Below, one piece after another: positions 47,678-57,091 of a stretch of DNA of 64,000 bases (positions within the stretch are counted from its first letter, which is position 1; the number at the start of each line of letters is the position of its first letter). The DNA is taken from the NCBI GenBank assembly GCA_964270895.1, contig OZ185436.1; one strand, written 5' to 3'. The notes beneath the pieces are model-generated. The model was not told where the DNA came from and made no database searches. It saw only the letters and a program-made list of their open reading frames with translations. The stretch is from Podarcis filfolensis. Its lineage: Eukaryota. Position numbers and translations under genes: made by a program.

Positions 47678-50600
47678 TTTTTATTTATACCCCGCCCTCC
47701 CCAGCCAAGGCCGGGCTCAGAGCGGCTTACAAGCAATAATAAAAACAAGATGAATGATTACAACTTAAAAACAAAAATAAAATACAACATTAAAATAATG
47801 GAACATTAAAATATTAAAATGTAGCCTCATCACAGGAGGAGAAGGAAAAGAAAAAAGAAAGAGAGGGAGGGAGGGAATCAAATTGGCTCCAAGCCAAAGG
47901 CCAGGCGGAACAACTATGTCTTTCAGGCCCTGCGGAAAGAAATCAGATCCTGCAGGGCCCTGGTCTCATGAGGCAGGGCGTTCCACCAGGCCGGAGCCAG
48001 AGTTGAAAAGGCCCTGGCTCTGGTTGAGGCCAATCTAACTTCCTTAGGGCCTGGGACCACTAGAGTGTTGTTATTTATGGACCTTGAGGCTCTCCGTGGG
48101 GCATACCAGGAGAGGCGGTCCCGTAGGTACGAGGGTCCTAGGCCGTGAAGGGCTTTAAAGGTCAAAAGCAGCACCTTAAATCTGACCCTGTACTCCACCG
48201 GGAGCCAGTGAAGCTTGAAAAGCACTGGGTGAATATGCTCCCATGGCAGAGACCCCGTGAGGAGCCTCGCTGCAGCATTCTGTACCCGCTGGAGTTTCTG
48301 GGACAGCTTCAAGGGCAGCCCCGCGTAGAGCGAATTACAGTAGTCAAGCCTGGATATGACCATCGCATGGATCACTGTGGCCAGGTCGGGGCGGGAAAGG
48401 TAAGGGACCAACTGCTTGATGCGGCGAAGGTGGAAAAATGTCGCCTTGGCTGTTGCTGTAACTTGCGCCTCCATGGAAAGGGAGGCGTCAAGGATTACAC
48501 CCAAACTCTTAACGGAAGGCAATGGCACTAATTGGGCCCCCGCAAGAGAAGGGAGTTGGTCCCTCACCCCCATGCCATCCCGACCAAGCCATAGGACCTC
48601 TGTCTTTGAAGGATTTAGTTTCAATCGGCTCCCACGAAACCATCTAGAATGTGGCCAGCCTAACATTTTGTCTTGTTTTGGGGGCTCCTGTATGTGTTTG
48701 TCCTCGTTTAACTTTTGTTGTGGTCACTCTGAATCATGCAGGCCATGGGGTGCGGGTGGGCGTGGCTTGCATTCCTTCACTTGGGCCAGGCTGCCCTTGG
48801 CTGACAAGGATGCTGTTACCCTGACGCTTCATACTGCCCATTGATCCAGCTTCAATCTGATACTTAAATCCAATCAAAGGAGCCTTTCGCCTGCTCTCGC
48901 CCCAGCCAACTCCACGTAGCTCTGTGAGCTGGGCTGCACAAAACATTAAGCTCCCACCGTAAAAAGTCAACAAGGGATTAATCTGAAAGTCCTCATTATG
49001 AAGCATTCCTGTGTTGTTGTATAGCCCAGGCCCATGTGCCTCTGAGCTGCTGGAGTGGTTTGGTTGTGAGTAATGCTTAGAGGGGTGGGGGAAAGAGATT
49101 CTGATAGTATTTCTGCCACAGAGGAGAGATTTTGGAGCAGCAAATGAGTTTGGCAAATAAGTGGTGATAGTTCAGCATGCCTTATATTATCTGCCCTGTG
49201 CCATTTTCTGTGGTGTTATGCCACGCCTTCTGTAATGTTGACCAACGTTGTGGTAACTGCCTGGTGGAAATCAACCCTTGTTGTTTTCCTCAGGGGTGCT
49301 GAATAATTCACCTTTATTCTTTGGCCTGTTAACAAGCCAACCCCCACCCCAAATACATAGTCAGGTTGAACAGTGGGATGAGCCCTGCAGCTTATTATTT
49401 CCAGCAGAACTGAGAAGAAAGAAATATCTTTTCTCCTTTATTCATGTTTTCACAGGACGTCATCGAGGACAAGCTGGACAAGAAGTTGTGGCCTTACGTG
49501 TCTTGCCCAGCCCCAGGCCCCTCCTCACAAGCTGCTGTGAGGTAAGGAAAAGTGGAAATATTTTTTGATGGCTCCTTTCTCTATCCCACCCGCTTCCCAG
49601 GTCTCCACAAACACACAGTTCCAGGGCTTGCATCTACGTTCCAAAAGTTTATTTCAAGCCCGCCCGCCCCCTTTTAAGGAAACGAAAGGCCATAAATAAA
49701 TCTAAACCAAGTGAGAAATAAACCAAGGAAAAGCCTTTTTAAAAGTGTGTGTGTTTATCTTCCTGAGACTTATTGGTGGACAATATCTCTTCCTGTATAA
49801 GGCACAACATGAGAATTCTACATCTGCAGAGTATGCAGTAGGGATTATTCTTCTCCAGGCAAAAGCAAAGAAGGGGGTGATGGTGCCTAAATTTGTTTGG
49901 AGGGGCTGTGGGGAGAAGTAAGAGAGAGGGATAATCCCTATACACAAGTGTTTGTGCAGCAGGATTGGGTGGTGGTTGCAAGATGAAAGAGATCGAAGAG
50001 GCACTATTTCATGGTGCCAAACCTCGTAGCGCTGTGATGAGTCACATCAAACCTCGTAGTTCTATGATGCCCAGGTATGATACAGGACCTAATACACCAT
50101 GAAAGAACAAGAGAACTGCATCTGAAACTGCTAGTGCTTCTTTTCTCCAAATAAAACTCCATGTGTGTTATGTTTCCCTGTCCTGCAATGTTTGATTCAT
50201 TTTATTTTATTTTTTGTAGAAGCCATTTTTAAGGTTTCCTTTTCTCATTCTTAACTCTAACTCACATAGCAATATGTTGCTTGTTCCCTGGGCTGAGACT
50301 GTGCAGGAGCCATCCTTTCCAGAAGCAGCAGGCCCAGCACAGAGAGAAAAACTCTGCTTTGCTAGCTGGCATGTACTTAACTTGACAGTCTTCTTGCAGC
50401 TGGCGCCCTATGCTCACATAACATCTTTTTCCCCTCAGTGCTCGCTTTGGTCATTGGCACAAGACCAAGACAGCCACCGAGTACCGGACAGGACCCCGCC
50501 TCATCCTGTTTGTACTGGGGGGAGTTACCATGTCGGAAATGCGCTGTGCCTATGAAGTCACTGATGCCACGGATGGAAAGTGGGAGGTGCTAATTGGTAA

Positions 50601-51413
50601 GTGTGCTGGTGAGGGGCGTGTCTAGGGCACAGGTCACTCTTTAGGCTGGAAACCATTCGTAGGCAAGTAAATGATTCAGGAATTTTCCTGGTGTTCCTTG
50701 CAACATATATTGGAACACAGAGAGCAGAAAGCAAATTCAGATGGGTTTTCTGGAACTTGACAATGCGCTCTTCTAGCAATGGGGGCTTCAGGGTTAAAAG
50801 TAGTATACATATAAACATCATCATCATCATTATTAACATTATTGATGCAATGGGGAGATGTAATGCTTCTAGAAATGAATTATTTCTGGCTTAAGATAAA
50901 GTTCTTCGCTAGAGAGGGGTTGCCCTGGCAGGTGTGGCTGCTTCTGGCAGCCGCTTTTTGATGCCAACCTATAGCCAACTTTCACTACATGGATTTGTTG
51001 AATATCACTCGTTTGTCCTGGAGCTCTTCGGGTAAAATCTGCTCCCGACTGTTGGCCTGGACCTGGGAAGGTTGTTTGCTACATTCTTCTTCAAACCTTG
51101 GCTGGAGAAACCAGTTGTAGATTGAGATATAGAGCTGCGGCAGCATTCCTGTCCAGAAGTCCGTCATGTGGGAGCTAGCAAGTAATGATGAGCTAGGTGC
51201 TGACAGAGCACAGCAGCTTCTTAACATGTGGGCCTGTTAGCTCAGTGTGATCTGCAGAATCATATCACACACATGTGATCTGTGATGGACTCCTCTAAGG
51301 TTGCCCTTCCAACATTTCTTCTCTGCTACACAGGCTCATCCCACATCCTGACTCCCAAGCAGTTCCTGGAAGAAGTGCGCAATCTGACTGAGCAAGCTCC
51401 ACTGAAGTCCTAA
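13661..51413 (+). CDS. STXBP2: Syntaxin-binding protein 2 (Munc18-2), 19 coding exons, 1773 nt, 590 aa
   Basis: All 19 exons were located with GT-AG boundaries and compatible phases, and join into one ORF. Diagnostic segments: [90 protein letters not shown]. Adjacent to RETN. Confidence 0.97.
14186..14310 (+). mobile_element. tRNA-Lys-headed SINE with CR1-type tail (degraded, 5' truncated)
   Basis: AGCATGAGACTCATTAATCTCAGGG...CCCACGTTGG then ATTCCTGCGTTGCAGGGGGTTTGACTAGATGACC. Confidence 0.7.
15165..15406 (+). mobile_element. Tigger-like MITE, family A, copy 3
   Basis: CAGTGGTACCTC...GAGGTACCACTG with TA TSD. Confidence 0.85.
16266..16405. mobile_element. Penelope-like terminal repeat fragment
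   Basis: CAGGTAGGTAGCCGTGTTGGTCTG...CCAGTAGCACCTTAGAGACCAAC...GAGCTTTCGTGTGCATGCACAC matches a reptile Penelope-associated short repeat (recognised from memory). Confidence 0.6.
17844..18000 (+). mobile_element. tRNA-Lys(CTT)-headed SINE with CR1-type tail
   Basis: TAGCTCAGTTGGTAGAGCATGAGACTCTTAATCCCAGGGTTGTGGGTTCAAGCCCCACCTTGGGC runs directly into TTCCTGCATTGCAGG..TTGGACTAAATGACC..CTCTTCCAAC. Confidence 0.85.
18039..20063 (-). mobile_element. Internally deleted hAT (Charlie/Buster-group) DNA transposon, interrupted by L1
   Basis: Termini CAGTGATTCCAAAACTT and TTTGGGAACCA; left flank ATCTAGAG. Minus-strand transposase remnants: [21 protein letters not shown]...[12 protein letters not shown]...[18 protein letters not shown] (18860-19233) and C-terminus [20 protein letters not shown]...[11 protein letters not shown] (stop at 18346-18348). 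Confidence 0.85.
19256..20001 (-). mobile_element. 5'-truncated L1 LINE with 21-bp TSD
   Basis: ORF2 C-terminus [23 protein letters not shown]...[37 protein letters not shown] at 19235-19255 and 20002-20022. Confidence 0.92.
20538..20747 (+). mobile_element. Squam3-type SINE
   Basis: AGCCAGTGTGGTGTAGTGGTT tRNA-like head, CCATGAAGCTCAC..GGTGAC..GGGCCAGTCAC core and GAAAGGTGGGATATAAAT..AATAAATAA tail. Confidence 0.75.
20935..21160 (+). mobile_element. Tigger-like MITE, family A, copy 4
   Basis: CAGTGGTACCTT...GAGGTACCACTG with TA TSD. Confidence 0.85.
21705..21738. repeat. (TG)n microsatellite
   Basis: About 16 TG units. Confidence 0.9.
26402..26800. mobile_element. Tc2/pogo-like MITE, family B, copy 1
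   Basis: TIR CCGTATTTTTCGCTCCATAAGA / TCTTATGGAGCGAAAAATACGG with TA TSD. Confidence 0.85.
26942..27085 (-). mobile_element. L2-type 3' tail with (AAT)n
   Basis: About 18 AAT units, then TTTATACCCCGCCCATCTGGCTGGGCTTCCCCAGCCACTCTGGGCGGCT, identical to the 12439 copy. Confidence 0.8.
27911..28470 (-). mobile_element. 5'-truncated L1 LINE (same family as 19256-20001)
   Basis: [43 protein letters not shown]. 7-bp TSD CTTTGTT at 27904-27910 and 28471-28477. Confidence 0.9.
29100..29230 (-). mobile_element. 5S rRNA-derived SINE (SINE3-type) fragment
   Basis: Reverse complement of 29142-29186, GAAGCTAAGCAGGTCTGGGACTGGTCAGTGGCTGGATGGGAGACC, parallels the 5S internal control region GAAGCTAAGCAGGGTCGGGCCTGGTTAGTACTTGGATGGGAGACC. 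Confidence 0.7.
31176..31399. mobile_element. Tigger-like MITE, family C
   Basis: TA-CAGTGGTACCTC left end and GAAGCATGACTG-TA right end; CpG-rich interior. Confidence 0.7.
32722..33095 (-). mobile_element. CR1 3' fragment interrupted by a ~200-bp A/T-rich insert
   Basis: AGAATCATAGAATTGTAGAGTTGGAAGGGACC...AAAGCATCCAT [insert about 32810-33015] GTATCTATGACAGATGGC...GAGAGTCCACAACCTCCCGAGG. Confidence 0.75.
34360..34869 (-). mobile_element. Tigger-like MITE family A copy 5 (inverted) with nested family B MITE
   Basis: CAGTGGTA, then element B (34368-34668), then TAATTCATTCTGGAGGTC...GAGGTACCATTG. Confidence 0.8.
34368..34668. mobile_element. Tc2/pogo-like MITE, family B, copy 2
   Basis: CCGTATTTTTCGCTCTATAAGA ... 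TCTTATAGAGCGAAAAATGCAG with TA on both sides. Confidence 0.8.
35095..35270 (+). mobile_element. Squam2-type tRNA SINE (degraded)
   Basis: CATGCAAAAGATCCCAGGTTCA head and CTAGATGGAGCCATGGTCTGA...CCTATGTTCCTA tail. Confidence 0.6.
35577..35626 (+). CDS. STXBP2: STXBP2 exon 2
   Basis: [17 protein letters not shown], 50 bp. Confidence 0.95.
36907..36988 (+). CDS. STXBP2: STXBP2 exon 3
   Basis: [27 protein letters not shown], 82 bp. Confidence 0.95.
37250..37298. repeat. (TTCC)n(TTTC)n microsatellite
   Basis: Pyrimidine tetranucleotide run in STXBP2 intron 3. Confidence 0.9.
37342..37418 (+). CDS. STXBP2: STXBP2 exon 4
   Basis: [26 protein letters not shown], 77 bp. Confidence 0.95.
37802..37880 (+). 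CDS. STXBP2: STXBP2 exon 5
   Basis: [26 protein letters not shown], 79 bp. Confidence 0.95.
38532..38635 (+). CDS. STXBP2: STXBP2 exon 6
   Basis: [35 protein letters not shown], 104 bp. Confidence 0.95.
38940..39063. mobile_element. Short hAT-like hairpin MITE (multi-copy family)
   Basis: GGACTACAGTTCCTATCATCCCTGACCATTG...GGGAGTTGGATTCCAACAACATGTGGAGGG. Related copies lie at about 27646-27780, 33540-33650, 40390-40500, 41810-41900, 46480-46565, 52680-52806 and 53150-53220. Confidence 0.6.
40089..40237 (+). CDS. STXBP2: STXBP2 exon 7
   Basis: [17 protein letters not shown]...[18 protein letters not shown], 149 bp, donor GTCAGT. Confidence 0.93.
40738..40822 (+). CDS. STXBP2: STXBP2 exon 8
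   Basis: [29 protein letters not shown], 85 bp. Confidence 0.95.
43324..43454 (+). CDS. STXBP2: STXBP2 exon 9
   Basis: [43 protein letters not shown], 131 bp. Confidence 0.95.
43593..43700 (+). CDS. STXBP2: STXBP2 exon 10
   Basis: [35 protein letters not shown], 108 bp. Confidence 0.95.
44019..44205 (-). mobile_element. Squam2-type tRNA SINE
   Basis: Reverse complement GGGCCATAGCTCAGAGGTAGGGCATCTGCTTCACATGCAGAAGGTCCC...CAGTATAAGGCAGCTACCTATGTTCCTA. Confidence 0.75.
44285..44342 (+). CDS. STXBP2: STXBP2 exon 11
   Basis: [19 protein letters not shown], 58 bp. Confidence 0.95.
44680..44745 (+). CDS. STXBP2: STXBP2 exon 12
   Basis: [22 protein letters not shown], 66 bp. Confidence 0.95.
45508..45588 (+). 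CDS. STXBP2: STXBP2 exon 13
   Basis: [27 protein letters not shown], 81 bp. Confidence 0.95.
45808..45946 (+). CDS. STXBP2: STXBP2 exon 14
   Basis: [26 protein letters not shown]...[14 protein letters not shown], 139 bp. Confidence 0.95.
46281..46387 (+). CDS. STXBP2: STXBP2 exon 15
   Basis: [36 protein letters not shown], 107 bp. Confidence 0.93.
46930..47025 (+). CDS. STXBP2: STXBP2 exon 16
   Basis: [32 protein letters not shown], 96 bp. Confidence 0.93.
47635..48645 (-). mobile_element. Young 5'-truncated L2 LINE (antisense in STXBP2 intron 16)
   Basis: Open frame at 47923-48666: [11 protein letters not shown]...[14 protein letters not shown]...[12 protein letters not shown]...LHWLPV...[15 protein letters not shown] (L2 RT C-terminus). 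(AAT)n tail at 47635-47678. Confidence 0.92.
49456..49541 (+). CDS. STXBP2: STXBP2 exon 17
   Basis: [28 protein letters not shown], 86 bp. Confidence 0.95.
50439..50596 (+). CDS. STXBP2: STXBP2 exon 18
   Basis: [11 protein letters not shown]...[35 protein letters not shown], 158 bp. Confidence 0.95.
51334..51413 (+). CDS. STXBP2: STXBP2 exon 19 (coding part)
   Basis: [26 protein letters not shown], stop TAA at 51411-51413. Confidence 0.95.
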
Positions 51414-52197
51414 GAACATCCCACGCCCCTAAGAGACTGTCTGACAGCAGTTCTGTTTATCTGCCCAGATAAACCTTTATTCTCAAAGAGATGCCTTTTC
51501 ACGCACATACCTGTCTTTGCTTCTGTCCTTTTAAGACTGGCCCCTCCTTCAGCCAGCTATCATGAATGAGCATGACATTGGAGGACCTTGTCTAGTGTCC
51601 AGGCCGAAGACAAGGGTCCAGCCACCTGTTACGTGAATCCTTTATTTAACACTGTGATGAGGTATCTGGTTGCACTTTATTTTCTGTTCCCCTCTTCCCC
51701 CCAACCTCCGCCCAGCCTTCCCCAAAAGGAGGGGAAGTGTAAACTGTATATCTGATGGATAAGCATCTCCTACTTCTCCCTTCATCAGTGCAGTTATTTA
51801 CTCCTTCGAGGGGGATTTCCAGGAAATGAGCTTCTTTGATGTCTACACACGTTCTTGTCTAGACTCCAGCTTGGTTCTCATTCTTTTTCTTTTTCTTTTT
51901 TTGGGAGGGCAAAGGTAGATTGCTCACTGAAATAACTTATTTTTGGTTGTTGTTGGTTTGAGGAAAAGTTTGAATGGATTCAAGTCCATTCACCCCCCAG
52001 TCCTATGTAACGTGTAGAAGTAGTAGCTGTTCCTGGATGCCCAGTGTTGCAGGCCTACTGGTTGTGCTGACACCTAGTATAAGACGGGGGATACTAGTAT
52101 TTTTAAAAGACCAGGGGAGATGAATGTATGGGAGGTGCTGTGAACTACTTGCATTGTGAGACTTGTTTAGTTCTGCTGAAGAATCCCAGTGTATATA

Positions 52198-52216
52198 AAT
52201 AAATGTGAAAATTAAA
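52198..52216 (+). terminator. Probable STXBP2 polyadenylation signals
   Basis: AATAAA (52198-52203) and ATTAAA (52211-52216), about 0.8 kb after the stop, followed by a GT/T-rich tract. Confidence 0.65.
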
Positions 52217-52955
52217 GTTGTCTACATAATTTGTTCTGTGACTCAAGCTGTGAAACTTTGGTAGTGGCACAAAACCAAGTTAGCAGGCAGGATGGTATCC
52301 CACTTGATGGTGGATCAGCTCGCTCCTTTTTTTCCTTTAAGGAATTTTTTGTTTCTCACTAGGAACCTTAAATCTTGTTACATGTTTATGTGGCCCTGTT
52401 CTCTTCTGTTCGCCCTACTTCCTCATGTAAGATGAGGGAGGCCCAGTTTGGACTTGACATAAAACTTGAGTGTTACATTTGCTCCTCCCTCCTGTCGTCT
52501 CTTCTAGCGCAGCCACAAGGAGATTGAAAACTTCCACTTTTAAACTAACCAGAGTTCCCTGTTACATTTAAATTTGGGGGGGGGGGTTAGTTTAAACTCT
52601 AGTTTGTTCAAACAAGCCAGGGACATAAAATAATGATTTGATCCTGGCTTGTTTGAGCAAACCAGTGTTTAAACTAAGTGTGAGGACCCTGTGACCCTCT
52701 AGATGTTGTTTGACTTGATTCCCATCAGCCCCAACTAGCATGGCCAGTGGTCAGGGATAATGGGAGTTGTAGTCCAACAATATTTGGACCACAGATTCCT
52801 CACCCAGGGTTTAAATTAATTGAAGTTTGCCAAGTTCAGACATGTTGAGGGAAGTTTTTAATGTTTGATGTTAATCGTGTTTTTAATATTCTGTTGGGAG
52901 CCTCCCAAAATGGCTGGGGAGGTCCTGCCAGATGGGTGGGGTATAAGTAATATTA

Positions 52956-52995
<40 letters not shown>

Positions 52996-55217
52996 TTATT
53001 ATGAGCTCTACTTAGTTTATAAGAGGAAACTGATGCTTCTGATCTTATTGTAACCTTGCGTGAAGAGGAGACACGAGTGTGCCAGCCCAATACTTTCTTC
53101 TGCTTGTTCCTAAAGCACTAGAGTAGGGAGTTTGAGGCCCTCTTGTCTTATGACCAATAGTCAGGGATGGTGGGAGTTGTACAGCAACATCTGGAGGGCA
53201 ACAAGTTCCCCATCCCATGTTATGGTGGCACCTCTGAAAAGGTCCAGTGTGGTGCCAGCCAATCCATTTCATGGCATCCTAGATGCAGGTGGAAAGACTC
53301 TCTGAGATGACGTTTAAACACCCAACACCAGAGGACATTTGAGGGCAGCTTCACATTTATGCAGCTAACACAAGTTCTTCAAATGCACCAGTGGTGGTTT
53401 ATGCATCAAATCCAAAGTGTGAATGAAAAAAATGATTGCCTGTAACCAGATTTGTATACAGGAATTTGAAGATGTATGTATTTTACCTACATTGATGGGG
53501 TGGTTGCAGGAAGACATTTGTGTGCCACTTCTCTAGATTCAGGAATTGTATTTACCACATAAAGAGTGGAGCCATCCTGACTGAATTATAAAACATAGGA
53601 GCAAAATTTTGGCAGTTTTTTCTTTTCTTTTTTGGTGGGGCCTCTTTCACATTTTTTTTTGTTATGTATACTAAAATGTTAGATATGAATGTTTCAGACA
53701 TATTTATCCTGTTTGCGACAGCACCAGCAAGCCAGGATTGGCTGTAATACTTCGCGGTGTGTGCACTCACTGTGTTAAAACTAGGGCTGCTGTTTCTGTA
53801 ATGTGTGAATAGATATTTGTTGATACCTGTGAGATTCCATGTTCCTCCTTGATCTTTGGGGCTGGGCTTCCTCTTTTTTTGATATACAAGCTAACCAACC
53901 GTTGCTTATTGCCTGGTTTCAGCTGCCTCCCAGTTGTGTTGAGTGGGGTCGAGACCCCAATAGCCTAGTAAGGGATGTTTACATGATGTCCTGCCGTAGA
54001 TCTGCCTCAGACACCCCCAGCCCAATCTGCTGTGTATGGAGCTTTTAGTCCTGATCCCTGCTTGGGAATTATCATCTGCAATTAATATCCATTTGGATAA
54101 TTGCTGTACAGCAGCTGCCATGTGGGTGGGTAGTGGATTTGGGGTGATGAATTAGTACGAATGTTTGTTTAGGAGCCGCTAGTGCCTCGATGGGTTTTGA
54201 CCTGATCTTGAGGAGAGGGCTGCATAAGCAAATCAATGCTTAGAGACTAGAGCTCATTCTTCCAAACCCAACTAGCAACTTCCTGATGCAGAAACAGTCT
54301 CCAGAGCATGAGCAGAGCAATCACCTTGCATCCCTCCCTGCTGGGGCTAAAGGGATTCCTATCTCTGAAAATGTGCCAGCTCTCAGTTTTGCAGGTCCAA
54401 GCATGGTCAGTCAAAAACTTTGGACCAAGCTTCTTCATTTTTAAAGGACTTAATAGGATTTGAATGGTGACAAGCTGCCTCCTACATCATGTTCAAAGCA
54501 CCTTGCAGACTTTATCCCAGTAATTTGTGCAGGAATCTTGTTATACAATTGCATGTTATTGTGGTGGCTTATGCAGACAATAACAAGTGCCCTGCGGTAA
54601 CACAGCAGCAAAGTCTTCAGCCCAGAAGTGAATAAATAGCAATCCAACCTAATTCTGTAGGTGTTGCCTTGGGGTAGTTCCTCCCTATCTTGCTCAGTGT
54701 TTCTTTCTACATCTTTAAGAGCCTCCCAGTGAAAATGGAGGTCTTCCCTCCATTTCCTTGTTGCATTTCTGTAGCAATCCTCAATTAGGTTGAAACCTTA
54801 CATATCTCCCATGGCCCATGTAGTCCGTTCCTCCTGGAGACAGGCAACAGCTAGTTGCTGCTTTACAGTTACACAACTGGCCCCTAATGCTGGTTAAAAC
54901 CTTGTAAGCAACCGCTGTCCAAAGCCGTTTCAAAAGTGGCTTCAGAGTTTTTCCATTGCTTGAAATAAAACCTCATTTCCTAATTACTGGACAGGCTCCA
55001 AATAACTCCTAACCCCATCTGCTCTGTGTCAGTTAGGGGGGGGGAAAGCTGACGTGATAGTTACATGATATTTGTATTACCCTCTTTTGTTGTGCTAGCA
55101 TAAGGTGAACACCTCTCAATCACAGCAGGCATCTGAATGAATCCAGAGCATCTGTGTCCAGTTTGCTAAAGCAGGTATGCTGAACCCTGCCTATAGTACC
55201 AGGACTCTGGGTTTCAT

Positions 55218-55528
55218 CTGTCTTGCCCGCTGTCATTAGTATCATAGCTCCCTTTAAAAAGCAGCTACTGGGCCATGAAGAAAGGAGCAGTCAGGGAGCA
55301 CTTGCACCACTCTGAATTAGCTCACTAGTCTGTTGTGATTGCTCACACCACAGTCCCAAGGGACTTTTCAACCTGTCTTGCCCGCTGTCATTAGTATCAA
55401 TAGCTCCCTTTAAAAAGCAGCTACTGGGCCATGAAGAAAGGAGCAGTCAGGGAGCACTTGCACCACTCTGAATTAGCTCACTAGTCTGTTGTGATTGCTC
55501 ACACCACAGTCCCAAGGGACTTTTCAAC
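55218..55528. repeat. Head-to-tail tandem duplication of a 155-bp unit
   Basis: 55218-55372 and 55373-55528 are identical except for one extra A in copy 2. Confidence 0.95.
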
Positions 55529-55881
55529 CCACTGTTAAGTCGACATGCTATATTCATGAAAACAGTGTTTCCTTTGGCACATAGTTATTGAATGCTGGCA
55601 AGAAAAACCAAAGTACAAGCTAGCCTATGCCTGACTGCTGTATTTTGATGGTTCTAAATCCTGTGTTCAGCGGTTGGGGGAGATGCGCTGAAGGCAAATA
55701 TGTTTGCTTCATATGCATTCAGTAGAAACCAAATATTCTGTGGGGAAGAAATAGATCTAGCAACTTGGAGCCATTTTAATTGCACCTGCATTGTGGCTGT
55801 TGCAGCTTTTCCACTAAGGGCAAGCTTGCTGTTCTCTTCCACTTAAAAAAAAATCCCAGTTGAGCTTCCCGGTGTTGGGGT

Positions 55882-56090
55882 TAAAGGTAAAGGTAAAGGG
55901 ACCATTAGGTCCAGTTGTGACCGACTCTGGGGTTGCGGCGCTCATCTCGCTCTATAGGCCGAGGGAGCTGGCGTTTGTCCACAGACAGCTTCCGGGTCAT
56001 GTGGCCAGCATGACTAAGCCGCTTCTGGCAAACCAGAGCAGAGCACGGAAATGCCGTTTACCTTACCTTACCTATTTATCTACTTGCACT
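55882..56090 (-). mobile_element. Sauria SINE 3' half
   Basis: TAAAGGTAAAGGTAAAGGGACC...GGGTCATGTGGCCAGCATGACTAAGCC...CTACTTGCACT. Confidence 0.88.
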
Positions 56091-56175
56091 TGGGGTTGCA
56101 CTCCCTCAAATGCTACTGTCACCCTAAAGCAGGTGTTCTCCTGACATTCTAAAGCTGAGTGTGTTGTGCTTGAAC

Positions 56176-56177
<2 letters not shown>

Positions 56178-56258
<81 letters not shown>
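56178..56258. repeat. (TC)n(AC)n compound microsatellite
   Basis: About 26 TC units followed by about 14 CA units. Confidence 0.95.
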
Positions 56259-56261
<3 letters not shown>

Positions 56262-56386
56262 CTTTTGGCTGACACTGCCCTCCTTCAGTGCAAGAGGAGT
56301 TTCCAACTCAAGTTATTCTCTGCTTCAATAGGGGAATTCTTTATCTTTCATACCTTCCTTTTAAAGACCATTGAAGACCAGTTTTT

Positions 56387-56558
56387 NNNNNNNNNNNNNN
56401 NNNNNNNNNNNNNNNNNNNNNNNNNNNNNNNNNNNNNNNNNNNNNNNNNNNNNNNNNNNNNNNNNNNNNNNNNNNNNNNNNNNNNNNNNNNNNNNNNNNN
56501 NNNNNNNNNNNNNNNNNNNNNNNNNNNNNNNNNNNNNNNNNNNNNNNNNNNNNNNNNN
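56387..56558. other. Assembly gap (172 N)
   Basis: Run of N characters. Confidence 1.
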
Positions 56559-56916
56559 AGGAGTCAGGTGCCATAGAAACTTGCTTTGGCTAAGTTGGCA
56601 AATGCACTGATGCTAGTGCTAACAAGGCTCCAGGGGCCACGAAACTCCATCCGCCCTGCATCTGATAGCGCAAGGAAATGGAGATAGCAGAGGACGGTCT
56701 ACAAGTAGTGGATGTGAGCATCTCAGGTAAGCGAGAAGAACAAATGGGCAGGCGATGGGTGTATGTGAAGTCATTAGAATTTCTCCATCAGGTTTAGGAA
56801 GGCAAACTAGTTCTGGTGTGCCTTTTCCCACTCATAAAGTACATCACACACCGAAAGGGAAGGAAATGGCAAAGACTATAGGTATCTGTAGGAAAATGCT
56901 TTCTCTTTTAAGGGAA

Positions 56917-57091
56917 GGGACTATAGCTCAGTCAGCGGTAAAGTATGTGCTTTGCAAACCAAAGGTACAAATGGCATCTCCATTTAAAAGAGGCTTCTCT
57001 GCTGGGAAGCTGCTGCCTGCCAGAATGGGTAATGCAGGCTAGATGGACAAATAGTTTCTCATCTGCTATAAGGCAGCTTCCTCAGTTCCTA
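56917..57091 (+). mobile_element. Squam2-type tRNA SINE (degraded)
   Basis: GGGACTATAGCTCAG head and GCTAGATGGAC...TATAAGGCAGCTTCCT..GTTCCTA tail. Another inverted copy lies at about 59040-59234. Confidence 0.65.

Noticed and set aside
56678-56726. Possible first coding exon MEIAEDGLQVVDVSIS with GTAAGC donor
   Set aside because: Good Kozak and donor, but no compatible downstream exon (joining to 60982 stops after 10 codons) and no homology. It is next to the gap, so it cannot be evaluated.
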